Position numbers and translations under genes: made by a program. A DNA stretch of 64,000 bases, taken from positions 1-64,000 of the IMG/VR virus record IMGVR_UViG_3300016725_000002. The stretch is one strand, 5' to 3'. Origin of the DNA: a virus. Its lineage: Duplodnaviria; Caudoviricetes. Positions 49,473 through 58,063 of the stretch are shown piece by piece; the stretch's first letter is position 1; each line of letters starts with the position of its first letter. The notes beneath the pieces were generated by a model. That model had not been told where the DNA came from and did no database searches. It worked only from the letters and a program-made list of their open reading frames with translations.

Positions 49473-50412
49473 TAATCCCTCTCCTTCTCATATCAAACAA
49501 CACACGGCGATAATTCAATTCATTATTAGGGTTCATGTAATGAGAGTTATATAACCAAACAAAGTTTGCTATACAGTTGTTGCAAGTTTCATCATGAAAA
49601 GGATAAATAGGTTCATTATATAATACTTTTTTAAGATTCTCATAGGTTAACTCAACAGAGTTAGTATTCATACTAATGCAACATCTATGAATCTTTCGTA
49701 GAGGTAAATTAATAATAATTTTATTGTAAATATTACAACATGCAAATCTAAAGGTTCGCAGCGTATCAGGTTTATCTGTATATTCAATTATTTCTTTAAC
49801 TCGGTTTTTCATATGATCTTCAATATTTGGTTTGTCACACATAATATCATAAATTTGTTGAAAATCTTCTTTACTCATAAAGTCTAAGCCGGGAACTCTA
49901 GGTTGTAAGAAATGAGGTAAAAATGTTTTATCTAAATTAGCTGAAAGAAAAGAATCAAGATATTTTATATTATGTTTATGAACTACCATTGTATAAAGTA
50001 CATGAATAGATGGGTCAAAAGTATAATCTGGGAAAGTTGTTTCTTCATTTAATTCGGTAACTGTATGATAAAGTATATGATGGATCTTATCCTTATATCT
50101 ATCATGATAATTACGCTGCATAAACAGTCCATTAGTTGTAATTGTATATGTTTCACTTAAATTAGCATTAAATACTTCATCCAAATAATCTTGAGAAAGT
50201 AATCCAATCTCTCCACCCTCAAGAGATACTTCAATATTAGCGTTACCTTTAATTTCATTAAACATTTCTACAAATTCACGATAATAACTTAAATCAACGG
50301 TAGTAGGATTAACAATTGAAGGATGGTCACAATACCAACAACGCCATTGACATTTTTGAGTTAAAGATATCCATACCCATCTATCAAAATCAACATAATC
50401 TCGCTTTTTCAT
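49453..50412 (-). CDS. radical SAM protein (GGEIGL subfamily)
   Basis: CQWRCWYC; IHRCC...LTYENL...CNNC. Confidence 0.9.
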   Translation of the reverse strand: MKKRDYVDFDRWVWISLTQKCQWRCWYCDHPSIVNPTTVDLSYYREFVEMFNEIKGNANIEVSLEGGEIGLLSQDYLDEVFNANLSETYTITTNGLFMQRNYHDRYKDKIHHILYHTVTELNEETTFPDYTFDPSIHVLYTMVVHKHNIKYLDSFLSANLDKTFLPHFLQPRVPGLDFMSKEDFQQIYDIMCDKPNIEDHMKNRVKEIIEYTDKPDTLRTFRFACCNIYNKIIINLPLRKIHRCCISMNTNSVELTYENLKKVLYNEPIYPFHDETCNNCIANFVWLYNSHYMNPNNELNYRRVLFDMRRRGINEYGLF

Positions 50413-50421
50413 ATTGCTCCT

Positions 50422-51381
50422 TTATAATACCTTTCTACTCAATAGAAAGTCTTCTTCTGGTGGAAAACAGAAAGGAAGTTTACATATTTGATTTTTAAAA
50501 TCATAATATGGATTAGTTAATACATTGCCTAATGGTTTTTGATTGTAAAAATCTTCATCGTAACGACAACAAGGATAAATATTAAAGTTATCTAATACTG
50601 AAATATATTTATTTCCTGCTTCACAAATTAACATCTTATATCGTGTATAGTCATTAATATTAGAATCATTAAATTGCAAATCATATTTATCATGTATTTC
50701 ACTTGTTCCATTATTAAATGTATACTTAAATAACAAATCTTTTCCACTTATTTTTCTAGCTTTGTTAAATAACTCAGACATGTACCATGAGTATTCGGTT
50801 TCACCGGGTAAAATGCTATATATTGTTCTAGGTAATATTCTAAACTCAGGTATATTAACTGAATTGAAATATTCAAAGGCTTTAAATGATAATTCATCAT
50901 CTTCGCCAGTAAACATACATTTAACTTCTACAGTAGCACCAGCATTTAAGAGTATCGTAATCTTTTGGTCTAATTGTTTGATATTAGTAATATGTGGATG
51001 AAAACTAGTTAATACACGCAATTTGCTATTACAACTAGCTATTAACTCTTGAAGATAAGATATATCTCGATATAAATTAGTATAGAGTTTAACATTGTAT
51101 TTATAATTATTTATTGCATGTAAAAAATGAGGATGAGTTAATGGTTCACCACCATAAATAGCTATCCAAGATTTATCCGTTGAGATATTATTGAAATAAG
51201 TTGTTGCAACTGTTAACTGATCTTTAGTTGAAAATTCATTTGTATTCTTACAACTATAAATACAATATCTACAGTTAAATGTACAATTTTTAGTTATTCC
51301 CCAACCAATATATCGGTCACAGGGTTCAATCATATAGTTATCTTGGTATTCAATTCTACTTATATCTCGCAATCTTTTCAT
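50422..51381 (-). CDS. radical SAM protein with twitch-like domain
   Basis: CTFNCRYC, GGEPLTHP, SFHP; CEAG...IYPCC...LGNV...C....C. Confidence 0.9.
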   Translation of the reverse strand: MKRLRDISRIEYQDNYMIEPCDRYIGWGITKNCTFNCRYCIYSCKNTNEFSTKDQLTVATTYFNNISTDKSWIAIYGGEPLTHPHFLHAINNYKYNVKLYTNLYRDISYLQELIASCNSKLRVLTSFHPHITNIKQLDQKITILLNAGATVEVKCMFTGEDDELSFKAFEYFNSVNIPEFRILPRTIYSILPGETEYSWYMSELFNKARKISGKDLLFKYTFNNGTSEIHDKYDLQFNDSNINDYTRYKMLICEAGNKYISVLDNFNIYPCCRYDEDFYNQKPLGNVLTNPYYDFKNQICKLPFCFPPEEDFLLSRKVL

Positions 51382-52250
51382 AAAGTTTTTGCGTTCCTTA
51401 TTTTAGTATTTAAAATATTAGTTAAGTTCTTTTCAGCACACCATGCAAAACAGGATTTACAGTATTCATTGTCACCAAACATATTAGAATGGGGTGTTAA
51501 TATTTTAATTAAATTATCTTCAGTTAAATCAATTGAATTATTTGATCTGCCAGAACATTGAGCTATTTTATTTTCAGGTAACACAATACTAACTGTTTGA
51601 TTTAAGGTGGCGCATGCTTTTCTACTCATATCTAAAGATGGTATAGCTGCTATTTTTCGTTCTATATCTTCAATACATGCAGCAGTAATATTCTGGTATT
51701 GTTTAGCACATTCTAACAAATAAGTATAACAAGTTTTAAGCTGCATTTCTGTTATGTCTAAAGATAATGGAAAGTCAAATCCTAAATAATCAATAGGCAT
51801 ATGTTTATTTTTCTGTAGAAATTCTTCAATATAGTATGCGCAATTAAACACCTTTCCATAACTTACATTAGCAACACATTCATTTACTCCATCATGCATA
51901 TGACAGAAGATGTGACTACTTTCATATCGTTTATGATAATTACGTTTTAGATATTCACCATTTGTTGAAATTATAGGTTTGATATTCCAGTTACTCAAAT
52001 AATAAAAAACCATATGAAGAAGTCTTTCGTCTAATAAACCAATCTCTCCACCAACCAAACATACAGAGCATTTTTCAATTAGTTGAACAGTATTACAAAT
52101 ATACGGCAAATGCTGATGGAGTTGTTGTTCTGTAACATGGTTATATGAAGGGAATGTTCCGAATGTACAATGAGTACATTTCCAATTACATTGCGTTGTT
52201 AACACTAATTCAATCTGCTGGTCAATGTTTGTGTATATCACCAAAACCAC
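51378..52250 (-). CDS. radical SAM protein (GGEIGL subfamily)
   Basis: CNWKCTHC, ISTNGE. Confidence 0.9.
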   Translation of the reverse strand: MVLVIYTNIDQQIELVLTTQCNWKCTHCTFGTFPSYNHVTEQQLHQHLPYICNTVQLIEKCSVCLVGGEIGLLDERLLHMVFYYLSNWNIKPIISTNGEYLKRNYHKRYESSHIFCHMHDGVNECVANVSYGKVFNCAYYIEEFLQKNKHMPIDYLGFDFPLSLDITEMQLKTCYTYLLECAKQYQNITAACIEDIERKIAAIPSLDMSRKACATLNQTVSIVLPENKIAQCSGRSNNSIDLTEDNLIKILTPHSNMFGDNEYCKSCFAWCAEKNLTNILNTKIRNAKTL

Positions 52251-53089
52251 CCATAGTCCCTGTTTATGAAACTTTTGTTTAGGCGTGCATTGACAACTTT
52301 GTCTGTTTTGTGTGCGTCCATATCATAATAATAACAAGCATCGCACATCTTATTATATTTAAATAATGTTCCTCTTAATAAGCTACGCAGGTTTTCTGCG
52401 GTAACGGCATAACTCTCTGATTCTTTAAAAAAGGAACATTGATTAATTTGTTTATTATACAGTGTAATAGATGGCATATGTGAATATGTTGAACATAATA
52501 TTCTATTGGTATCACATGCATGTTGTAATACAGATACTGCATATTTATCTTGTCTATCAGAATAAAATTTAATATATTTATTTAACTCTTTAACTTGAAC
52601 AGTATAATTTAGTAACATCTTATACACAGTATTTTGTGGTAGATACTTCATTAATTCAGGGGAAAGACTATTTAACACATTATCAGTCAATACTAAAATA
52701 TTAGCACATTTTTCTGTTACAAAAGGAAGTTGTGTATTATACTGAATAGCACCATCTACTATATCTTGAATAAGATGTTCACAATATAGTCTAAATTTAA
52801 CACAAGATACTAAATCATAATAGTGATCTCTAAATAAACCATTAGACATAACTTGAAAATAATTCACATATTTATTATCTATTACTTTACGCAATAATTG
52901 GGGCATATTTGAAATTAAACCTGTTTCTCCACCAGAAATTTCAAGATATAGCGGAACAGCTAAAGAGTTAAGTATATATTCAACATAATCAACATCTATT
53001 TCAATTAAATCTGTACTATTTTTTATAAAGTCACAGTAATAACAATTGCTGTTACACTTATTATGGGTTATTAAGCTTAGGAAAAACAT
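52238..53089 (-). CDS. radical SAM protein
   Basis: CNSNCYYC, GGETGL, SNGLFR, EHLI, TAENL...CDACYY. Confidence 0.9.
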   Translation of the reverse strand: MFFLSLITHNKCNSNCYYCDFIKNSTDLIEIDVDYVEYILNSLAVPLYLEISGGETGLISNMPQLLRKVIDNKYVNYFQVMSNGLFRDHYYDLVSCVKFRLYCEHLIQDIVDGAIQYNTQLPFVTEKCANILVLTDNVLNSLSPELMKYLPQNTVYKMLLNYTVQVKELNKYIKFYSDRQDKYAVSVLQHACDTNRILCSTYSHMPSITLYNKQINQCSFFKESESYAVTAENLRSLLRGTLFKYNKMCDACYYYDMDAHKTDKVVNARLNKSFINRDYGWFW

Positions 53090-54048
53090 AAGGAATGTTG
53101 GATAAACTTTATTGTATTTTCATCTAATTCATTATAATTCGGCAAGTATAAAATATCAGGAGTATATTTTGCATGATATACTATACAACTTTTAAAGAAA
53201 AAGTCTCCTTCAAAATCAAAAGAGGTAATAGTTTTATAATTATCATCGGAGGTTAAGTCTACTTTTCGCTTAACAAATTTGTTAAATTTAGCAATAGTAG
53301 CAGAAGCATTACATGCAATACATAATCTACTTGGTGAGGTTTGATCTTCCGCATGAATAACATTAAAAGGTAAGGATTCATATACACGTTGACGTTCTGC
53401 AATAATAGATGAATAATCATAAGTAATAAGTCGTTCTAACGCTAGTGTATTCATTTGTAAATTTAAACCTAACGCAAATGATTTATTACCTCTATGGAAA
53501 TTACCTTGAAACTGACATTCCATGAATCTTTCTAATAATGCAGGGTTGTTTATTATGCCACAACCACCTTCACCTAAATCAATAGTTTTCTTTTCAGAAA
53601 AACTTAAACATGAAATATCACCAATACCAAATGTATTAAAATCAGGCATAGTTGAACCAAGTGAATTACATGAATCTTCAATTAATACAATATTTCGCGC
53701 ATCACATAGTTCTCGGATTCGTAATATATCTCTATCAAGAATACCTAAATGGTAAACATAAATGATAGCACTAACTGCATAATTATCTACTAATTCTTTC
53801 ACACTGTCATAAGACATACATAAAGTATTAGGATTCACATCGGCAACCGCAATATTCAGTTTCATAAACCTAGCTACATTAAACCAAGCATGATAGCCAT
53901 AATTCGGGCCAATAACTAAACTACCTAATGGGGCATCACAACTATATAATGCACACATTAATGCAGATGTACCACTATTAGTAAAGACAACCGGAGATGT
54001 TGTCTTTGTTGCAGTATTGATTATAGATGCAGCTTGTTGTTCTAGCAC
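53077..54048 (-). CDS. DegT/DnrJ/EryC1/StrS family PLP aminotransferase
   Basis: NSGTSAL, IEDSC.SLG, SFSEKK...GEGG with the PLP lysine; TTG start with AGGAGG. Confidence 0.85.
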   Translation of the reverse strand: MLEQQAASIINTATKTTSPVVFTNSGTSALMCALYSCDAPLGSLVIGPNYGYHAWFNVARFMKLNIAVADVNPNTLCMSYDSVKELVDNYAVSAIIYVYHLGILDRDILRIRELCDARNIVLIEDSCNSLGSTMPDFNTFGIGDISCLSFSEKKTIDLGEGGCGIINNPALLERFMECQFQGNFHRGNKSFALGLNLQMNTLALERLITYDYSSIIAERQRVYESLPFNVIHAEDQTSPSRLCIACNASATIAKFNKFVKRKVDLTSDDNYKTITSFDFEGDFFFKSCIVYHAKYTPDILYLPNYNELDENTIKFIQHSLCFS

Positions 54049-54923
54049 AATAACCTCCTAAGTTGTTGTTTAACTAACAGTAACTTTGTAATCTCATGTT
54101 TATCAAAGCTAAAACAATTTCTTACACATTTTGAACAATTATTATTTACTGTATCGTATACTGAAAAATTAGTCAAAAGTTTTACCAAGTTCTCTTTCGT
54201 TAAGGGTAAAGTAATATGTCTATTTTTAACACTACAGAGGCATAAACAATTATGAGTAAAATCAACTGTTATAATACGTCCACTTTTAGCACAACCCTCT
54301 TGGTACTTTAATAATTCTTGATATGGTAGAATATTATTTGGGCAGTTATCATATAGTGTAGGGTGTTGTTGTTTAATATACTGTCTACTAGCAATAATAG
54401 TGTTATACTTTTCTTCCGTTAACTCTTCATCTAAAGGTAGTTCAAAGTCTAAGTATTTTAGTTGATATTGTTGTGTAATTGTATCTATTGCTTCTGTAGA
54501 ATAATGTGTAATTACTGCACCTGGTATTACATCAACGGTTGATTGAGTTGTTGAGTCGATATTTAAATCTGGTGTAATATGATAATGAACCTGTCCAATA
54601 TACGAAGAGAATTTAGTATGATAATTATGTTTAATGAACTCTCCATTAGTTGATATAGTAATATTCTGCTGATTTAAAGTAGTGAAGAATTGATTAAGCT
54701 TATCATATGATAACAAACCTATTTCTCCACCTTGAGCCAACATATGAATACGAAAATGTTGAGAGATAGTATTTATAAGATTGGATACCATTTTAATATT
54801 CTGTATAGTTAACTCATTAAATTCAATCTCGTCATTTAGTCGATAACGAGAAGCATAATTACAATAGCTACAATCCCAATTACATCTATCTATTAGTTGA
54901 AACTCCATATATAGATCAGTCAT
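54042..54923 (-). CDS. radical SAM protein (GGEIGL subfamily), first gene of the operon
   Basis: CNWDCSYC, ISTNGE, LTKENL...CSKC; GGGAG RBS. Confidence 0.9.
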   Translation of the reverse strand: MTDLYMEFQLIDRCNWDCSYCNYASRYRLNDEIEFNELTIQNIKMVSNLINTISQHFRIHMLAQGGEIGLLSYDKLNQFFTTLNQQNITISTNGEFIKHNYHTKFSSYIGQVHYHITPDLNIDSTTQSTVDVIPGAVITHYSTEAIDTITQQYQLKYLDFELPLDEELTEEKYNTIIASRQYIKQQHPTLYDNCPNNILPYQELLKYQEGCAKSGRIITVDFTHNCLCLCSVKNRHITLPLTKENLVKLLTNFSVYDTVNNNCSKCVRNCFSFDKHEITKLLLVKQQLRRLLC

Positions 54924-54955
54924 ATTTCTCCCTGTAAACCAGTTTGTTGGTTTAG

Positions 54956-54970
54956 TATAAACTGTTTATA
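54956..54970 (-). promoter_or_regulatory. CAGTTTA promoter motif within the palindrome TATAAAC-T-GTTTATA upstream of the radical SAM operon
   Basis: Perfect 7-1-7 inverted repeat between a terminator and the first operon gene. Confidence 0.5.
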
Positions 54971-54980
54971 GCATAAATGC

Positions 54981-55015
54981 AAAAAAAAACCCTACAGTCG
55001 TTAAACTGTAGGGTT
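54981..55015 (-). terminator. Rho-independent terminator
   Basis: AACCCTACAGT/ACTGTAGGGTT stem followed by a T9 run on the minus strand. Confidence 0.85.
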
Positions 55016-55107
55016 AAGTTGAAGGGGAGTTTCCTCCCCTTCTATATCCCACGTTGAAGGAGCCAAACAACGTGGGGAAATTGTTTATATCGTTCAAATA
55101 TAAACTG
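54981..55107 (-). ncRNA. putative trans-acting sRNA (stacked hairpins, anti-SD loop)
   Basis: CAGTTTA motif at 55101-55107; 9-bp stem with loop UUUGGCUCCUU; 9-bp stem with GAAA tetraloop; terminator. Confidence 0.55.
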
Positions 55108-55122
55108 TATTATCGCATTGGT

Positions 55123-55488
55123 TTATGACTCACTTTTTACAAAACTTGGTACAGTCGGCCAAGGTGTATTTGAACCACCTCCATCCCAAGGAGAACCAGA
55201 TATATTAGGTAGTTGGCGTAATTGTTCTATATATTTAAGTAACTCTATATACTGGTCATCTGTTATTGTAGTAGAAACATTAATTAACTTCTGCTGTTCA
55301 TGGCGTTGTGTCATCCAAATAACTTTATCCAACTCAGTATCGCGTAAATTACGCAGTTGTTGAAGTAAATCTAGTGTATTTAATATAGGTTCGACATATT
55401 CTACACTATAATATTCATCTACTGTGCATTCAGATGCATCTTTTACAGCTCTACACCCTCTATTATCAAGTCGGACTGCATAACTCAT
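55123..55488 (-). CDS. tail fibre assembly chaperone
   Basis: LR..RD..L......RH..Q......TTITD.QY.EL..Y...LR..P...WPT.P; similar to the C-terminus of 26370..26951. Confidence 0.8.
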   Translation of the reverse strand: MSYAVRLDNRGCRAVKDASECTVDEYYSVEYVEPILNTLDLLQQLRNLRDTELDKVIWMTQRHEQQKLINVSTTITDDQYIELLKYIEQLRQLPNISGSPWDGGGSNTPWPTVPSFVKSES

Positions 55489-56294
55489 TAGTTATCCTCC
55501 CAACCAATAACTCTAACTCGTGCATTAGCACCTTCAGTTGCAGCATAAATGTAACGGTTTTCTAGTAATATAGAAACAGGTATAGTAGAATAATTATTAT
55601 AGTTAGTTACACATTCTATCATTGTGGTATTTGAATTAGACTTCCAGCCATTATAAGTTGCATTATTATTAGGTGCAAGAATACAAGAATGTGAGGAACG
55701 ATATGTTACGGCTAGTAGTATCTTATTAGCTGTTGGTGGTATAAAAGCATCAACAGCTACAGCAGACAAAGTTAATGCATTACCATTATTAGTTGTACCA
55801 ACTATACCTGAAATAATAATTGGATATTCAGTAAGATTAGAACTAGCTACAACACCATATTGTGCTATATTATCCCAAATATTAATAGGTAATGGATATC
55901 TATTACCAGTTGTATCTGTTTTAAACCAACCTAATCGTGCAAAATATGCAAATCCCGTAGGAAGTGTAGGAGTAGTGCTAGATGCAGATATTAATAATTC
56001 AGCAACCGCAGTTGTTGCATTATATACAACATATACTGCATACCAAGTAGAACCTAAAATAGTACCAGTATCTAATCCTTTAATGCCAGAAACATTAGTA
56101 TTAGCTGTTAGAGATAAATTAGGTAAGGAAACATAGCTAGTACGCGATGTATTTCCTAATACTACTTCATCTGCAGTAACTGTTATTGCTGTACTTAAAC
56201 CTGTTGTACGCATGCGTACATTTCTACTTAATCCACTAACTGTAGGAATATCCGGAGCAACTAGTATTTCATTAACCCGTGTCAACTTTCCCAT
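55488..56294 (-). CDS. tail fibre/virion structural protein
   Basis: GLDTGT....TWYAVY...S.S...PTLPTGF...ARLGW module seen in phage fibre proteins; followed by a chaperone. Confidence 0.7.
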   Translation of the reverse strand: MGKLTRVNEILVAPDIPTVSGLSRNVRMRTTGLSTAITVTADEVVLGNTSRTSYVSLPNLSLTANTNVSGIKGLDTGTILGSTWYAVYVVYNATTAVAELLISASSTTPTLPTGFAYFARLGWFKTDTTGNRYPLPINIWDNIAQYGVVASSNLTEYPIIISGIVGTTNNGNALTLSAVAVDAFIPPTANKILLAVTYRSSHSCILAPNNNATYNGWKSNSNTTMIECVTNYNNYSTIPVSILLENRYIYAATEGANARVRVIGWEDN

Positions 56295-56300
56295 GCATTT

Positions 56301-58046
56301 TTACCCCTTTAATTCCTTTATTAATCGTTGAAGCTCATGTGATTGAGTTAATAATTCAGAAACAGCTTTACTAGCATGGCCCATAGAAGTTGAAGTTTCC
56401 TCAGATATATTTGCTACTTGTTCAATTGCATGACTAATCTCTTCACTTGCAGCAGATTGTTCTTCACTTGCAGTTGCAATAGATTGAATCTGTGTATTAA
56501 CGTCATGCGTATATTGAAGTATGCTAGTTAATGCTTTACCAGATTCATTAGAGTAATTAGCTGTTTTATCAATTGCAGATGCAATTTCATCTACATTAAC
56601 TATATTTTTACGGGTGCTCTGTTGAATTGCATTAATTGAAGAGTTAACTTCTTTAGTAGCTGTCATAGTCTTTTCAGCTAGTTTACGAACTTCATCTGCA
56701 ACCACTGCGAAACCACGGCCAGCATCTCCAGCACGCGCAGCTTCAATAGCAGCATTAAGAGCAAGCAAGTTTGTTTGGTCAGCAATATCTGAAATGACAT
56801 CTATAATTTGGTTAATTTCATCAGCTTGTTTACCTAATATATCCATATCTTGTTTAATAACACTAGATTGTTGTTTAATATTATCAATAGCAGAAACAGT
56901 AGTATTAACTACAACATTTCCTTGTTCAGCTAAATCCTTAGTTTGTGTTGAAGCGGTTGCCGCCTGTTGCGCATTACGAGCAACTTCTAGCACGGTAGCA
57001 TTCATTTCTTCCATTGCAGTAGCAGTTTCACGAACACGGCTAGATTGTTCTTCTGCACCACGACTAGATTGTTCAATCTGAGCTGATAAAGATTCAGAAG
57101 CAACATTTAATACAGAAACAATAGATTCAAGACGATTAGCTGCTTCTATCATGCCTTCACTTTTTGCTAATTCAGCATGTTTAGTTGCTTCTTCAGCAAG
57201 TTGTGTAGCTTTCTTAGCAGATGAAGCTTCAGCTTTAGCTTGGTTGCTTTTATCTTCAGCTTCTCGTATTTTCTCTTTTAAATTAGATACCATTTTAATT
57301 AACACACTATAAACACCACCCGCAGTATCAACAGATTTAAAAGTTAAATCAAGATTACCATCTGCAATTTCAGTAGCAATATAATACAAATAATTAGGAT
57401 CTTCACCTAATTGACGTTTAACACTTCTAATAATAAAGAAAGATATAATAGCAGCAACAATCATACTACACGTCAACAGCACAATTACAAATGTCTTACC
57501 CTTTATAGCAGCTTGTTCTGCTAAATTAGAAGAAATAATACTTCCAGTATCATTAATAGTAATTAACTTTGCTAACGTATTAGATGCTTCATTATATATC
57601 TTTAATGAATTAACAGTTACCTGTGGATGAGCTTCATCTACTTTGTTAGCAACAAGCAATTCTTCCACTTTTGTTTGGGCAGTTACGTAATCTGTCCAAA
57701 CTTGTAGGAAATGATTAAAGGCTTCCTTCTCTTCCGGTTCAGAGATTAAACCTTTGTATTTGTCAATTGCTGCATTTATATCCTTAGTATTTTGTTGTAT
57801 CAATGAAGTATAATATTGCTTCTCTTGTTCACCATTAACTACCATTCTAGCTAATTCATAACGGCGATAACTATTAATGCGTGTATTTATTTCTCCAATA
57901 ATTTTGATTGAAGGAAGCCAGTTCTTTATTATTTCTTGAGTATTCTGGTTAATTGAGTTCATTTCTATTAATGATAATGCTCCTGTTATTACTGCAAATG
58001 AGGACAGAATAACAGAAAGTAATATTAATTTTATGGACAGTTTCAT
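56301..58046 (-). CDS. mcp: methyl-accepting chemotaxis protein (4HB sensor, 2 TM, MCP signal domain)
   Basis: [40 protein letters not shown]; NWLPSI 4HB motif; [15 protein letters not shown]...[20 protein letters not shown] typical of Desulfovibrio MCPs. Confidence 0.95.
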   Translation of the reverse strand: MKLSIKLILLSVILSSFAVITGALSLIEMNSINQNTQEIIKNWLPSIKIIGEINTRINSYRRYELARMVVNGEQEKQYYTSLIQQNTKDINAAIDKYKGLISEPEEKEAFNHFLQVWTDYVTAQTKVEELLVANKVDEAHPQVTVNSLKIYNEASNTLAKLITINDTGSIISSNLAEQAAIKGKTFVIVLLTCSMIVAAIISFFIIRSVKRQLGEDPNYLYYIATEIADGNLDLTFKSVDTAGGVYSVLIKMVSNLKEKIREAEDKSNQAKAEASSAKKATQLAEEATKHAELAKSEGMIEAANRLESIVSVLNVASESLSAQIEQSSRGAEEQSSRVRETATAMEEMNATVLEVARNAQQAATASTQTKDLAEQGNVVVNTTVSAIDNIKQQSSVIKQDMDILGKQADEINQIIDVISDIADQTNLLALNAAIEAARAGDAGRGFAVVADEVRKLAEKTMTATKEVNSSINAIQQSTRKNIVNVDEIASAIDKTANYSNESGKALTSILQYTHDVNTQIQSIATASEEQSAASEEISHAIEQVANISEETSTSMGHASKAVSELLTQSHELQRLIKELKG

Positions 58047-58063
58047 GTGTTCTCCTCGCCATC

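Noticed and set aside
33229-54923. 7-deazaguanine (QueE/QueC/QueD/FolE/DpdA) DNA modification or anaerobic RNR activase as the explanation for the radical SAMs
   Set aside because: No QueC, QueD, FolE, DpdA or NrdD motifs recognised in the window; these pathways need one radical SAM, not 16-18.
55072-55128. Plus-strand 18-codon ORF (GTG GGG AAA..., VGKLFISFKYKLYYRIGL) behind AAGGAG
   Set aside because: The GTG is buried in a 9-bp stem, the orientation opposes all other genes, and the GAAA tetraloop and U-tract read correctly only on the minus strand. Kept only as a weak alternative to the sRNA model.
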